Sequence record: PZ543597.1
Reading direction: 5' to 3' (one strand)
Length of the DNA stretch: 64,000 nucleotides
Source: a phage
This document shows, in pieces, positions 1 to 10,557 of the stretch. Within the stretch, counting starts at the first letter, position 1. Each line of letters starts with the position of its first letter. Both the position numbers and the translations under genes were made by a program. Below the pieces are notes generated by a model. That model was given only the letters and a program-made list of their open reading frames with translations. It made no database searches and had not been told where the DNA came from.

Positions 1-334
1 AGGAATTTATCCTCACCGTAAAGACCCTACTAAAGCGGGCGGATTTATTCTTGAATCAGAGTGTGGAAAAATTAAGGTAAATGCTGGTTCAGGCTTAAAA
101 GATAAAGCTGGCGTAAAATCACATGAACTTGACCGTACTCGCATTATGGAAAACCAAAATTATTATATTGGAAAAATTCTAGAGTGCGAATGCAACGGTT
201 GGTTAAAATCTGATGGCCGTACTGATTACGTTAAATTATTTCTTCCGATTGCGATTCGTTTACGTGAAGATAAAATGAAAGCTAATACATTCGAAGATGT
301 ATTTGGTGATTTTCATGAGGTAACTGGTCTATGA
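1..334 (+). CDS. 30: DNA ligase, 3' end (5'-truncated by window edge; frame starts at nt 2)
   Basis: Translation from nt 2 reads ...GIYPHRKDPTKAGGFILESECGKIKVNAGSGLKDKAGVKSHELDRTRIMENQNYY...FGDFHEVTGL*, matching the T4 DNA ligase C-terminus as recalled; stop at 332-334. Confidence 0.9.
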   Translation, partial: GIYPHRKDPTKAGGFILESECGKIKVNAGSGLKDKAGVKSHELDRTRIMENQNYYIGKILECECNGWLKSDGRTDYVKLFLPIAIRLREDKMKANTFEDVFGDFHEVTGL

Positions 335-519
335 AAGCTTACTTAGAAACAATTGTCATTGCTCAAAAAGAAGGTGGAGATGTTTCTACTTCTGTATCAC
401 AAATCATGCTTGAATTTATAGATGCATATGCTTATAATAAATTTACAGAAACATTTGATGCCTATGAAAAAGGTCCGAAGTTTGAAATATACCGTACTCT
501 CTTACCACTAGATTATTAA
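331..519 (+). CDS. hypothetical small protein
   Basis: 62-aa ORF, start overlaps ligase stop (ATGA); followed by terminator hairpin. Confidence 0.5.
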   Translation: MKAYLETIVIAQKEGGDVSTSVSQIMLEFIDAYAYNKFTETFDAYEKGPKFEIYRTLLPLDY

Positions 520-545
520 AGGCCTTCGGGCCTTTAATTTTATAA
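518..545 (+). terminator. rho-independent terminator (GGCC-TTCG-GGCC stem-loop plus T-run)
   Basis: aaaggccttcgggccttt followed by aatttt. Confidence 0.6.
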
Positions 546-568
546 ATAGAATAAACACTAGAGAGGAT

Positions 569-2626
569 ATGATGGAACTTATTACAGAATTATTTGACGA
601 AGATACTACTCTTCCGATTACAAACTTAAATCCAAAGAAGAAAATACCACAAATTTTTTCAGTTCATGTTGATGACGCAATAGAACAACCAGGCTTTCGT
701 TTATGTACTTATACATCTGGAGGTGATACTAACCGTGATTTAAAGATGGGCGATAAAATGATGCACATCGTTCCTTTTACATTAACTGCTAAAGGTTCAA
801 TTGCTAAATTAAAAGGTCTCGGTCCAAGCCCAATTAATTACATCAATTCAGTTTTTACTGTTGCGATGCAAACGATGCGTCAGTATAAAATTGATGCCTG
901 CATGCTTCGTATTCTTAAGTCTAAAACTGCTGGTCAAGCTCGACAAATTCAAGTTATTGCTGATAGACTTATCCGCAGTCGTTCAGGTGGCAGATACGTC
1001 CTTCTTAAGGAACTCTGGGATTACGATAAAAAGTATGCATATATTCTTATACATCGCAAAAATGTATCACTAGAAGACATTCCAGGAGTTCCGGAAATTA
1101 GCACCGAGCTCTTTACTAAAGTTGAATCGAAGGTCGGTGATGTTTATATCAATAAAGATACTGGAGCTCAAGTAACTAAAAATGAGGCAATTGCTGCATC
1201 TATTGCGCAAGAAAATGATAAACGTTCTGACCAAGCTGTTATTGTTAAAGTTAAAATTTCCCGTAGAGCAATTGCACAAAGTCAGTCATTGGAATCTTCT
1301 AGATTTGAAACACCAATGTTTCAAAAATTTGAGGCTTCAGCAGCAGAATTAAATAAACCCGCCGACGCGCCTTTAATTTCTGATGCTAACGAATTAACTG
1401 TTATTTCTACTTCAGGATTTGCATTAGAGAATGCTCTTAATAGTGTTACAGCTGGAATGGCATTCAGAGAAGCTTCTATAATTCCTGAAGATAAAGAATC
1501 TGATGTTAATGCAGAAATAAAAAATAAAGCTTTAGAAAGATTACGAAAAGAATCTATTACTTCAATAAAAACTTTAGAAACTATTGCTTCTATAGTCGAT
1601 GATACTTTAGAAAAATATAAAAGTGCTTGGTTAGAAAGAAATATTAACAAGCATTCGCATTTAAATCAAGATGCTGCAAATGAGTTAGTGCAAAATTCTT
1701 GGAATGCAATAAAAACAAAGATTATTCGAAGAGAATTACGTGGATATGCTCTTACCGTTGGATGGTCATTGCATTCTATAGTCGAAAATAAAGATTCATC
1801 TAAATACACACCGGCTCAAAAACGCGGAATTCGTGAATATGTGGGTTCAGGATATGTAGACATGAATAATGCTCTTTTGGGATTATATAATCCAGATGAG
1901 CGTACAAGTATTTTAACAGCACCCGAAATAGAACAAGCCATCGATAATTTAGATTCAGCCTTTAAAAATGGCGATCGATTGCCAAAAGGTATTACTTTAT
2001 ATCGTTCACAGCGAATGTTACCTTCAATATATGAAGCATTGGTAAAAAATCGAGTTTTTTATTTTAGAAATTTTGTATCAACATCATTATATCCAAACAT
2101 TTTTGGTACTTGGATGACTGATTCAGCTGTGGGTGTTTTACCAGATGAAAAGCGTCTAAGCATTTCTATCGATAAAAATGATGAAGGGCTTGTTAATTCT
2201 AGCGATAATTTAGTTGGAATTGGATGGGTTATTACTGGGGCTGATAAAGTCAATGTTGTTTTACCCGGTGGAAGTTTAGCGCCTTCAAATGAAATGGAAG
2301 TCATTTTGCCACGTGGATTAATGGTCAAAATTAATAAAATAACCGATGCATCTTACAATGATGGAACAGTTAAAACTAACAACAAGCTTATTCAAGCTGA
2401 AGTTATGACTACGGAAGAACTCACCGAATCGGTAATTTATGACGGTGACCGTCTAATGGAAACTGGTGAATTGGTTGCAATGACAGATGATATTGAAATA
2501 GAAGACAGAGTTGACTTTGCATCATTTGTTTCATCAAATGTTAAACAGAAAGCAGAATCATCTCTCGGAATTATTGCGTCTTGCATAGATATTACAAACA
2601 TGCCTTACAAGTTCGTTCAAGGATAA
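569..2626 (+). CDS. alt: Alt, capsid-packaged ADP-ribosyltransferase (T4-type copy)
   Basis: 685-aa ORF; N-terminus MELITELFDEDTTLPITNL; C-terminal R-S-EXE motifs (TLYRSQ, NFVSTSL, EMEVILPRG); essentially the T4 Alt sequence as recalled. Confidence 0.9.
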   Translation: MMELITELFDEDTTLPITNLNPKKKIPQIFSVHVDDAIEQPGFRLCTYTSGGDTNRDLKMGDKMMHIVPFTLTAKGSIAKLKGLGPSPINYINSVFTVAMQTMRQYKIDACMLRILKSKTAGQARQIQVIADRLIRSRSGGRYVLLKELWDYDKKYAYILIHRKNVSLEDIPGVPEISTELFTKVESKVGDVYINKDTGAQVTKNEAIAASIAQENDKRSDQAVIVKVKISRRAIAQSQSLESSRFETPMFQKFEASAAELNKPADAPLISDANELTVISTSGFALENALNSVTAGMAFREASIIPEDKESDVNAEIKNKALERLRKESITSIKTLETIASIVDDTLEKYKSAWLERNINKHSHLNQDAANELVQNSWNAIKTKIIRRELRGYALTVGWSLHSIVENKDSSKYTPAQKRGIREYVGSGYVDMNNALLGLYNPDERTSILTAPEIEQAIDNLDSAFKNGDRLPKGITLYRSQRMLPSIYEALVKNRVFYFRNFVSTSLYPNIFGTWMTDSAVGVLPDEKRLSISIDKNDEGLVNSSDNLVGIGWVITGADKVNVVLPGGSLAPSNEMEVILPRGLMVKINKITDASYNDGTVKTNNKLIQAEVMTTEELTESVIYDGDRLMETGELVAMTDDIEIEDRVDFASFVSSNVKQKAESSLGIIASCIDITNMPYKFVQG

Positions 2627-2629
2627 ATC

Positions 2630-4687
2630 ATGGAACTTATTACAGAATTATTTGACGGCGCTTCGGCGCCGGTTGTTAACTTAAATCCTAAGCATAAAAT
2701 ACCTCAAATTTTTGCTATTCAAGCCGGTGAAGAAAGCGTGCTTCCTGGATTTAGATTTTGTACATACACCTCTGGTGGTGATACAAATAAAAACGTTAAG
2801 CCAGGCGATAAAATGATGCATATCGTAATGATAGGTGTTAATGAGAAACTATCATTAGTTAAACTTAGAAACTTGGGTGGAAATCCAATTGGTGTCATTA
2901 ATGCCGTTTTTGATACTGCTCTTCAAACAATGAAACAATATAAAATTGACGCATGCTTATTCCGCGTACTAAAGAGTAAAACAAATGGTGCAGCTCGTCA
3001 AATGCAAGTTATTGCCGACCGTTTAGTACGTACTAAAGGAGCAGGTCGATATGTTCTTTTAAAGGAAATCTGGGATTACGATAAAAAGTACGCATATATT
3101 ATGGTTTACCGTAAAAATGCCAATTTAGAAGACATTCCAGGTGTACCTCCTATTTCAACTGAGTTATTCACAAAAGTTGAATCAAAGGTTGGCGATGTTT
3201 ATGTAGATGTTAAAACGGGTAATGCTGTTCCTAAAGCTGTCGCTGTTGCCGCTTCTATTGCTTTAGAAAATGATAAGCGCACGGATCAAGCTGTTATTCA
3301 GAAAACTAAAATTAGTCGTCGATTAGCAGCACAAGCTCAATATTCTACTGTCGATGCTTCACTTCAGGGTGATAGCTTCGCTGCTAAGAAATATCAAGAG
3401 TTTGAATCTAAAGTTCCGGTATATAAAGCAGAAGGATCAATGAATTCTGGCGTTATTCAGATTGGTTCAAACTTCAGCAAAGGAGCTATCGGTGGTATGA
3501 GAAGTGCTTCTCGTTTTAAATCTAACGATTATGAACTAGAAAGCTTCCGAAATCATATTGCATTGGCCCATGCACGTTTACGTGATCCATCTATTAAGTT
3601 ACAGAGCGATATAACATATCAAGGTTCTCAGGAATATTTAAAGAATAAAGAATTTTTTGATTATAAAACTGATAAAATTTTAAGCGATCTTGCTGACATT
3701 AATATTTCTAATAGCTTTGATGTTATTAAGAAAATTATCAATGATTTAGTTAAAGGTTCTAAAGCCACGCCAGACGAAAAGGTAGCTATTATTCAATTTG
3801 TCATGAATGGCATTTATAAATTGATTAATGAATCTGCTGCTCAGGCATATGAATACGCAAGCACCGAAGTAACTCCAAAAGGATTAACTCAGGCTGAGTC
3901 TGATGTAATTGAAGATTATTGTGCAGATTCATATGTTGAAATGAACTCATTCCTCTTGGGTAAACCAGATTCTACCCGTGAAGAATATATGGAACGAGCT
4001 ATTAAACACATCGAGACAATGGATTCTGCCTTTGCCAAAGGTTCAGTTCTTCCTCCAGGAACTACGCTTTATCGTGGACAAGAAGTTACCTTTAAAACTT
4101 TACGTCATAATATTGAAAATAAAATGTTCTATTTCAAGAACTTCGTATCCACATCACTTAAACCAAATATCTTCGGTGAGCATGGTAAAAACTATATGGC
4201 TCTAGATGATTCCGGTGCAGTATTTTCTGGTGAAGGAGAAGGTTCAGTTGACGCAGAAGATTTGATGCATATGGGCAGTCACTCTGCTTATGCGAATGAA
4301 GATGCTGAAACTAGCGTGGGTATGGTAATTAAAGGAGCTGAGCGAATCAAAGTTATCGTTCCAGGTCATTTATCAGGATTTCCATCAGAAGCTGAAGTTA
4401 TTTTACCGCGTGGAATTTTGCTGAAGATTAATAAAGTGAGTACGTACATGATGAAAGAAACTGCTTATAACAAGTATCTAATCGAAGGCACAATCGTTCC
4501 TCCTTCTGAACAATTAGAAGAATCGGTATATGATGGCGACCATCTAATGGAAACTGGTGAAGTTCGTCCAATGGCTGGATTTAATCAATTCCTTGTAGAA
4601 GAATCAAAAGAAGAGGAAAACGAAGTTTCTCAAATCTTGGCTTCTTTGGTTAACATCAACGGAATGTCTAAAAAGTTCAAAATGTAG
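2630..4687 (+). CDS. Alt paralogue, ADP-ribosyltransferase with divergent central region
   Basis: 685-aa ORF 3 nt after alt; shares N-terminus (MELITELFD, CTYTSGGDTN, KQYKIDAC, GRYVLLKE) and C-terminal motifs (TLYRGQ, NFVSTSL, EAEVILPRG); residues ~230-400 unrelated to copy 1. Confidence 0.85.
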   Translation: MELITELFDGASAPVVNLNPKHKIPQIFAIQAGEESVLPGFRFCTYTSGGDTNKNVKPGDKMMHIVMIGVNEKLSLVKLRNLGGNPIGVINAVFDTALQTMKQYKIDACLFRVLKSKTNGAARQMQVIADRLVRTKGAGRYVLLKEIWDYDKKYAYIMVYRKNANLEDIPGVPPISTELFTKVESKVGDVYVDVKTGNAVPKAVAVAASIALENDKRTDQAVIQKTKISRRLAAQAQYSTVDASLQGDSFAAKKYQEFESKVPVYKAEGSMNSGVIQIGSNFSKGAIGGMRSASRFKSNDYELESFRNHIALAHARLRDPSIKLQSDITYQGSQEYLKNKEFFDYKTDKILSDLADINISNSFDVIKKIINDLVKGSKATPDEKVAIIQFVMNGIYKLINESAAQAYEYASTEVTPKGLTQAESDVIEDYCADSYVEMNSFLLGKPDSTREEYMERAIKHIETMDSAFAKGSVLPPGTTLYRGQEVTFKTLRHNIENKMFYFKNFVSTSLKPNIFGEHGKNYMALDDSGAVFSGEGEGSVDAEDLMHMGSHSAYANEDAETSVGMVIKGAERIKVIVPGHLSGFPSEAEVILPRGILLKINKVSTYMMKETAYNKYLIEGTIVPPSEQLEESVYDGDHLMETGEVRPMAGFNQFLVEESKEEENEVSQILASLVNINGMSKKFKM

Positions 4688-4716
4688 TTTACAAGTCCCT
4701 CGTGTTGTGTTATAAT
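4687..4716 (+). promoter_or_regulatory. T4 early-type sigma70 promoter (GTTTACA-N17-TATAAT)
   Basis: -35 TTTACA 4688-4693, 17-bp spacer, -10 TATAAT 4711-4716. Confidence 0.65.
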
Positions 4717-4747
4717 AATCTTACTGACATAACATGAGGAACACAAA

Positions 4748-5038
4748 ATGAAATCTTCTTTGCGCTTTTTAGGTCAAGAACTTGTAGTTGAAGGCGTTAT
4801 TCCTGCTGATAACGCTTTTAATGAAGCAGTTTACGATGAATTTATTAAAATTTTTGGAACAGATAAAAAGTTCGGAATTTTTCCTTCTGAAAATTTTTCA
4901 AAGCCAGAACAGACTGAAAGCATTTTCCAAGGTGTAGTAACAGGCAAATTTGAGTCAGAAGCTCCGGTAAAAATTGAAGTTTATATTGAAGACAGTTTAG
5001 TTGCTTCAGTTGCTGCTTTTATTTCATTCCGTAAATAA
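4748..5038 (+). CDS. hypothetical protein (alt-downstream early gene)
   Basis: 96-aa ORF with SD (gaggaa) and early promoter upstream; terminator downstream. Confidence 0.6.
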   Translation: MKSSLRFLGQELVVEGVIPADNAFNEAVYDEFIKIFGTDKKFGIFPSENFSKPEQTESIFQGVVTGKFESEAPVKIEVYIEDSLVASVAAFISFRK

Positions 5039-5040
5039 AA

Positions 5041-5066
5041 ATATGGGGACCGAAAGGTCCCCATTG
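5041..5066. terminator. bidirectional terminator hairpin between convergent genes
   Basis: GGGGACC-GAAA-GGTCCCC stem-loop at 5045-5062 flanked by A/T runs. Confidence 0.65.
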
Positions 5067-6032
5067 TTATATTGCTCCTAATATTTTACTTTGCGAATTG
5101 GCAATTCCTGTCATAGTATTAATGTTTGAAATGCTTCCTGCAGTTCCTCCTAATCTACTAAGTCGTGAAAGCGAATTAGATAGTCCAGTAACACCTCCAC
5201 TATTTCCGAGAACGCTTTGAATGCCATTTATAGCAGCAGATTCAAGCCATTCAAGCGCAGCTTGTCTATCAACTGCTCCAGCCTGCATGACTCTATACGC
5301 AAAAGTAACATCAAATGTAGTTATTTGATTATCTCCATCATATGATAACTCAGGAGCGCTCACTGACACTGGAATGCATCCGGTGAACATCACAGCAGTA
5401 TGAGGTAATCCATTACGAGCATGAAGATTAACCTGAATGTCTGCCTCGACATCTTGTGGCAAAGCACGCAGTCCAGTTACTGGGTCTTGAACAGCGTTAA
5501 CCCAGTCTTGCATTGCACGATAATTACATGCTTCTGAATCCATTCTAAATGAAATAACCAAAGGGTCTAATTCTCTCCCAGTTATACGAATATTAGGAGA
5601 ATTATAGTTCCAGTCAGTTTCATAGGATAATCTATTCTCTGGCATTTTTACAGAATATATCATCAATCCAGATGAGTTATATGCCATGTTAAAGAAGTCA
5701 ATTAAATATGTACCAACTGTAAATGAGCCCAATAAACTTTGAACTGTACGTTGACTCATGGCACCAATAAGATATTTACTAACCCCTGATTTTCTTATCA
5801 GTTTTTGTGTGCCAGCAGTAATTAGCGTGGTAATTCCCTGATTAATATCGCCTTGAGTCAATCCTAACCAATCTGAATTTAGACCCAAGTTATTATAAGA
5901 AAAGTTGCTAATTGAACTTATCAACGAAGAGCTTTTAGTTGATGGAGTTGTCGCAAAAACGCAGCTAAACATATTATTACGTTGGAAATCTGCATTTATT
6001 GCTTGATTATTAAATTCCTCTAAAGAATACAT
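5067..6032 (-). CDS. 54: baseplate tail-tube initiator gp54
   Basis: 321-aa ORF; position and length match T4 gp54; conserved gene order. Confidence 0.85.
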   Translation of the reverse strand: MYSLEEFNNQAINADFQRNNMFSCVFATTPSTKSSSLISSISNFSYNNLGLNSDWLGLTQGDINQGITTLITAGTQKLIRKSGVSKYLIGAMSQRTVQSLLGSFTVGTYLIDFFNMAYNSSGLMIYSVKMPENRLSYETDWNYNSPNIRITGRELDPLVISFRMDSEACNYRAMQDWVNAVQDPVTGLRALPQDVEADIQVNLHARNGLPHTAVMFTGCIPVSVSAPELSYDGDNQITTFDVTFAYRVMQAGAVDRQAALEWLESAAINGIQSVLGNSGGVTGLSNSLSRLSRLGGTAGSISNINTMTGIANSQSKILGAI

Positions 6033-7126
6033 TAAAAAGTCCCCGCATATAAAGAAGCACGGTTTAACGTGATAATTTCTCTCATAGTAATCTCAAGAGT
6101 AAATGTACTAGGGAGGTTTGGAGCAATAGCTAATCCGTTAAAGTTACCATTAGGTGTTTTATCAAATCTGATACTCTGTATTTGACATGGACCAAATATT
6201 TCCGTTTTTCCATCAAACTTAGATGTTGCACCAAAGTTTTTCACCATCCAAATTGTCGGGTTTGAAACTACTAGAACGTTAGTTAAACTCGACGTCATTT
6301 TCTCAAATAGTGTTTTATTTTTAGCTGCGTCTTCCGGAGATAAAGGTTCAATTAACGTAGAACGATACCAATCATCTAAATACCCCTTTATTTCAGCAGC
6401 ATATTGAGATTTACCCGTTTCACCATAAGAAAAATAGTTAAAATATTGATAGATATTAATAATAGCCATTAAATCTTCTGTTGAACGTGGAGTCAAATCC
6501 CATGTAAACACTTTAGTTCTATTTTCAGCGCCGCCATACATACTTCTGGCTGTCGTATAAATCTGTTCATTATTATCAGCCATTATACCTTGTGTTATAC
6601 TTTCCAGTGCCCCAAATACTGCAGTTGAAGCAATATTACTTAACACACCAGTAGCAGTACCTCCGCCTCTGCTGATAAGACTTTCTTGAACATCATTAAA
6701 TCGGTGTGATGATGTATCAACATCAGATTTAGATCTCGGCAAAAGAATATTTGCCACAGGAGCTTTACTTATTGTTCCTGAATTATTGTTTGATATTAAT
6801 CCATTTGATAGTTTTGATACTGTACTACTAATAGTGTTTCTAGCTGTACTTAAAATACTCGAAGATGAAGAAGAGTAGTTAGATCTCATCGATCTAAGAC
6901 TTCCAGAATCCCTAGATGACATATTGTATGCAGTAAATAATAATCCATTCTTATATAGATCTGTTACCTGGAAGTCCCCTGTAGTGTCATTACCACTAGC
7001 ACGCCCAGTTGGAAACTGGGCAGTGTATGTTTTAGTTCCTACTTCTGATTTAGTACTCTGTCCGGCTGAAATTTTCTCACCGGACTTTTTAATTAAATCA
7101 GCAGTTATTTCTTTAACAATTGCCAT
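6032..7126 (-). CDS. 48: baseplate tail-tube junction protein gp48
   Basis: 364-aa ORF, length and order as T4 gp48. Confidence 0.85.
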   Translation of the reverse strand: MAIVKEITADLIKKSGEKISAGQSTKSEVGTKTYTAQFPTGRASGNDTTGDFQVTDLYKNGLLFTAYNMSSRDSGSLRSMRSNYSSSSSSILSTARNTISSTVSKLSNGLISNNNSGTISKAPVANILLPRSKSDVDTSSHRFNDVQESLISRGGGTATGVLSNIASTAVFGALESITQGIMADNNEQIYTTARSMYGGAENRTKVFTWDLTPRSTEDLMAIINIYQYFNYFSYGETGKSQYAAEIKGYLDDWYRSTLIEPLSPEDAAKNKTLFEKMTSSLTNVLVVSNPTIWMVKNFGATSKFDGKTEIFGPCQIQSIRFDKTPNGNFNGLAIAPNLPSTFTLEITMREIITLNRASLYAGTF

Positions 7127-7134
7127 ATTATTCC

Positions 7135-8907
7135 TTAATTAACTCCAGTCGCATCAAATACACCAGGAGCAGTCGTGCTCGTTACGGGTGTCATATTATG
7201 AACGACAGTATTTTTCTTAATAACATTATTAGTATTATTGATTGAAGGAGATGCTTGTTGAACAGGAGCTTGTTGTGCTTTGTTCTTTTCAATAACCTGG
7301 ACTTGTTTTGCTTCTGGCGATTTAGCAGAAGTTTCAGGTTTGGCATTAGGCTGATTTTTCTTGAGTTCTTGATAAGTAGCATCAATTTTAGAAAATCTAG
7401 CAGCAAGTTCTTTTTTAACTGCCGGTGAATTATTTAAATCCGGGTCATCCATCCGTTTTTTAAGGTCTTCATAGGCAGCTTCAACTGATTTAACCGTTGA
7501 GTCTTTACTCATGTCAGCTGAATCAGCATATTTTTCAAAACGAATCATCGCGGCACGAGCTTCATTAGCCTTCATTAAAGCATTTTTTCTTTCTTCAGGT
7601 GAAAGTTGCTTTAATTTTTCTTCTTCCGCTGCACGTTCTTCGTCAGTTGTCAATGCTTCTTTATTATCAACACCACGAATCCAGTTAGATGCACGAGTTT
7701 TCCAGTTCGCAATTTTATCTAGTCCTTCTGCTATTGGACCGAGGTCTCCATTCATTCGTTTATCTTGATAATTTGCTACTTTTTCTTGGTCTTCTTTATT
7801 GAGAGATGCTCCAGTAGAATTTTGGAAATTTTCTAGTGCTCTTCCTTCTACTTCATCAGCGGTATCCTTCATACCAGGAATAACTCGAAGAATTGCCGCA
7901 GATAATTTAGCCATACCTAATTGGATAAGTTCACCTAAATTATAAAGAACCTTTCCAAGCCCTTCTACAATAGCTACTGTCAAACCGCCCCAATCTCCCG
8001 CTTCCCAGAATTTTTTAATTTCATCAATAGAACTAAAGATGCTCTGTAATAAAGGACCCCATGTTCCGGTTTCGCTAGAGAATTTAGTAAAGTCTGTACT
8101 AAACAAATCCCAAGCCTGTGAAAATTTATCTGACCAATATTTAAAATGAACCATCAACAGGTCTATTCCAACAACAACAGCCAATATCATTGCAGTCATT
8201 TTAGCAGCTTCAATAGCAGCACTGACGGTGTACTTAAATAACATGCTTGATATTTTATCAGTAATTGAAATGGATTTCTTAAATCCAAAATCAACAGTCT
8301 TTGTTAATTTATCTAAAGCTTGAGATAATTTTAAGTTAAATGCGTCTTTTTTCTGTTTTTCTTCTGGCGATTCTTGTTTGGGTTCAACTGGCTGAGGGGT
8401 AGGGAAAAAATCAGCATCAGGATCATTATTAACTGCTTCAGGAGCCGGTAATAAAGGACCCACAGATTCAGCTGTATCGTCCTCAACAACTTTAACAGGA
8501 ATAGCGCTTTCAACCGTAGCTAAACTAGTTCCTGTTTGTTGAATTCCGGCTGTCTGAATTTTTTGCTCTAGTAAACTTGTTAATTTATCTAATTTGCTCC
8601 CGAGCGATTCACCGATTTCTTTATTAATATTGTTGCCAATTTCGACAGTTTCAGCAATTAACTCAGAACCAGCAGTAGTATCACTTACTGCGCTTTCTAC
8701 ATTGTCAATTGCTCCAATTATTTCATTCGATTTTTCTTCGACAGTTTGAGCAATTAGTTCAGAAGCAGCTTGAGCATCATCCAATTTCGTAGATATATCG
8801 TTAAGTCCAGATAAAGTGTTGGAAGCGGATTTAGCCGCTTCCTGTGTTGGTTTATTATCTGAAATAACTTTTCTACGCATCGTTTGCATTTCTTGTGGCT
8901 TTTTCAT
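7135..8907 (-). CDS. 29: tail length tape-measure / baseplate hub protein gp29
   Basis: 590-aa ORF, length and order as T4 gp29. Confidence 0.85.
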   Translation of the reverse strand: MKKPQEMQTMRRKVISDNKPTQEAAKSASNTLSGLNDISTKLDDAQAASELIAQTVEEKSNEIIGAIDNVESAVSDTTAGSELIAETVEIGNNINKEIGESLGSKLDKLTSLLEQKIQTAGIQQTGTSLATVESAIPVKVVEDDTAESVGPLLPAPEAVNNDPDADFFPTPQPVEPKQESPEEKQKKDAFNLKLSQALDKLTKTVDFGFKKSISITDKISSMLFKYTVSAAIEAAKMTAMILAVVVGIDLLMVHFKYWSDKFSQAWDLFSTDFTKFSSETGTWGPLLQSIFSSIDEIKKFWEAGDWGGLTVAIVEGLGKVLYNLGELIQLGMAKLSAAILRVIPGMKDTADEVEGRALENFQNSTGASLNKEDQEKVANYQDKRMNGDLGPIAEGLDKIANWKTRASNWIRGVDNKEALTTDEERAAEEEKLKQLSPEERKNALMKANEARAAMIRFEKYADSADMSKDSTVKSVEAAYEDLKKRMDDPDLNNSPAVKKELAARFSKIDATYQELKKNQPNAKPETSAKSPEAKQVQVIEKNKAQQAPVQQASPSINNTNNVIKKNTVVHNMTPVTSTTAPGVFDATGVN

Positions 8908-9437
8908 TCAAATAATCCAATAATATTGCCAATTCCAGTTATTGGACCATTAGGGCCAGGAATTGCTAAAGTTGTAAAAATGTCATTTGCCCATTTTAAA
9001 ACGAATGCTGGCATCTCAAGAAAATTAATTTCTTTAACTTCATCATTGACCTTAAGCAAGCATTTGGATAACATATCGCTCACAGTTAAAAATTGTTCAA
9101 ATTTTCCAGGAGGTCTAAAATAAAATGTATTTCCTTGGTATTGAAATTCTAATCTTTGGCATACATAAACATCATTAATGTCATAAGTATAACCATCTAT
9201 TTCTTTACGAGATTTAATCTTTCCATTAAATTCCAATAAATGAATAGAAACGAAATCAACTTCTGCCGGTGACAAATTCGGACAAATAGAATCAATAAGA
9301 AGTTTTAAATTTTCATCAGGACCTTTAACATCTTTTAAAATGTTATAATGTTTAAGACCCATTTTAGGAATAGAAACTTCTTTATTGCTTATTGGAAGAA
9401 CTACTTTCTTCAGTGGTAGTATCAGATTTAAATTCAT
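8904..9437 (-). CDS. 28: baseplate hub distal subunit gp28
   Basis: 177-aa ORF, overlaps gp27 3' end; order as T4. Confidence 0.8.
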   Translation of the reverse strand: MNLNLILPLKKVVLPISNKEVSIPKMGLKHYNILKDVKGPDENLKLLIDSICPNLSPAEVDFVSIHLLEFNGKIKSRKEIDGYTYDINDVYVCQRLEFQYQGNTFYFRPPGKFEQFLTVSDMLSKCLLKVNDEVKEINFLEMPAFVLKWANDIFTTLAIPGPNGPITGIGNIIGLFE

Positions 9438-10557
9438 TTTTAACCTTAACTGGGTCTATTGTTTCCAGTTTCGTTGCATTAGTGAACATATATAGATGAG
9501 TTACTGAATTATTATTGGATAATTCATGAATAACTTCATCAACGTAAAATTCTGTTTTAAATTGGTTTTTACTATCATTAAAAATAATTTTAACGCCAGG
9601 AGTCAAGTTAAAATTACCGATAGTAGAACATTTAGCATAGCCATCGTATTGCGCCATAGTTTGAAGACGAATAGCTTCTTCGTATCCATTCCTATAAGTC
9701 ATTTCAGAATAAGCACCTGACCTTGACACTACAATAGAGTTTTCGCCCTTTCCTGTAGTAATCATTGGCAATGAAGAATCTAAAAATGAATGAGCATAGA
9801 TAGTAGCGTTTTTCATTGGGTCACGTTTGTGAGGATTCGATTTAGTCAACCAAACGAAATCATACGCTAATGGATATTTTAATTCTTGGATGAATTGACC
9901 TATTAAAGATGGCTCACCGACAATCATTGAATATGGTTCTTGATTTATCATCATATCATAGTCCATCATGTTAACTCCCATGATGTCTTGCCACACAAAC
10001 ACAAATTTGTCACTTCCTACAGCTAGAGCAACTTCTCTGACATATGACAAATAGTTTTCAAATGTACTAGTCCACGGAATATCAGGAACATAAGCATTTA
10101 TAGCATTTATTGCTGGAGTTAATAATGTGCGATCTTGATAAATGACACCAAGCATTTCCTTTATAGATTCACCTGCGTCAGGGAAAAACGGTCTGCCAAA
10201 TTTAAGATTTTCTATGGAATGAATAGTTCCCAATTCAATAGCAATGATGTTATCACCCTTTGAATCTACTGACACGGAAAAATGCTTACATCCATAAATT
10301 CGTGTTTTAACGTTATTAATATCGTTTGCATTAGCTACAGAAATCTGAATTATTTCATTTCCATCCATTTTTGTATGGATGTTTTTAGAATCATAAAACT
10401 GCAGCATTCCTTCATTTCGGCCATAAAGAGAATCCCGCATAGTTAATGTGGTAATAGTAGCAGCTAATTCAACAAATCTATTATTACTCCAAGCGTCGTA
10501 GCTATCAAATAATTTAACGCTGAGATTTGGATATCCAGGGCGTTGCAACATACTCAT
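9382..10557 (-). CDS. 27: baseplate hub subunit gp27
   Basis: 391-aa ORF, length and order as T4 gp27. Confidence 0.85.
   Translation of the reverse strand: MSMLQRPGYPNLSVKLFDSYDAWSNNRFVELAATITTLTMRDSLYGRNEGMLQFYDSKNIHTKMDGNEIIQISVANANDINNVKTRIYGCKHFSVSVDSKGDNIIAIELGTIHSIENLKFGRPFFPDAGESIKEMLGVIYQDRTLLTPAINAINAYVPDIPWTSTFENYLSYVREVALAVGSDKFVFVWQDIMGVNMMDYDMMINQEPYSMIVGEPSLIGQFIQELKYPLAYDFVWLTKSNPHKRDPMKNATIYAHSFLDSSLPMITTGKGENSIVVSRSGAYSEMTYRNGYEEAIRLQTMAQYDGYAKCSTIGNFNLTPGVKIIFNDSKNQFKTEFYVDEVIHELSNNNSVTHLYMFTNATKLETIDPVKVKNEFKSDTTTEESSSSNKQ

Noticed and set aside
861-2328. Antisense or alternative-frame ORFs inside alt (861-1073 +, 1070-1279 -, 1321-1650 -, 2059-2328 -)
   Set aside because: They lie entirely within the well-supported alt reading frame, have no RBS or promoter and are low-complexity; they are by-products of the coding strand.
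7191-8513. Small ORFs embedded in gene 29 (7191-7406 -, 7511-7768 +, 8331-8513 -)
   Set aside because: They overlap the gp29 frame and are Lys/Leu- or Ser-rich from AT-rich composition; no independent signals.
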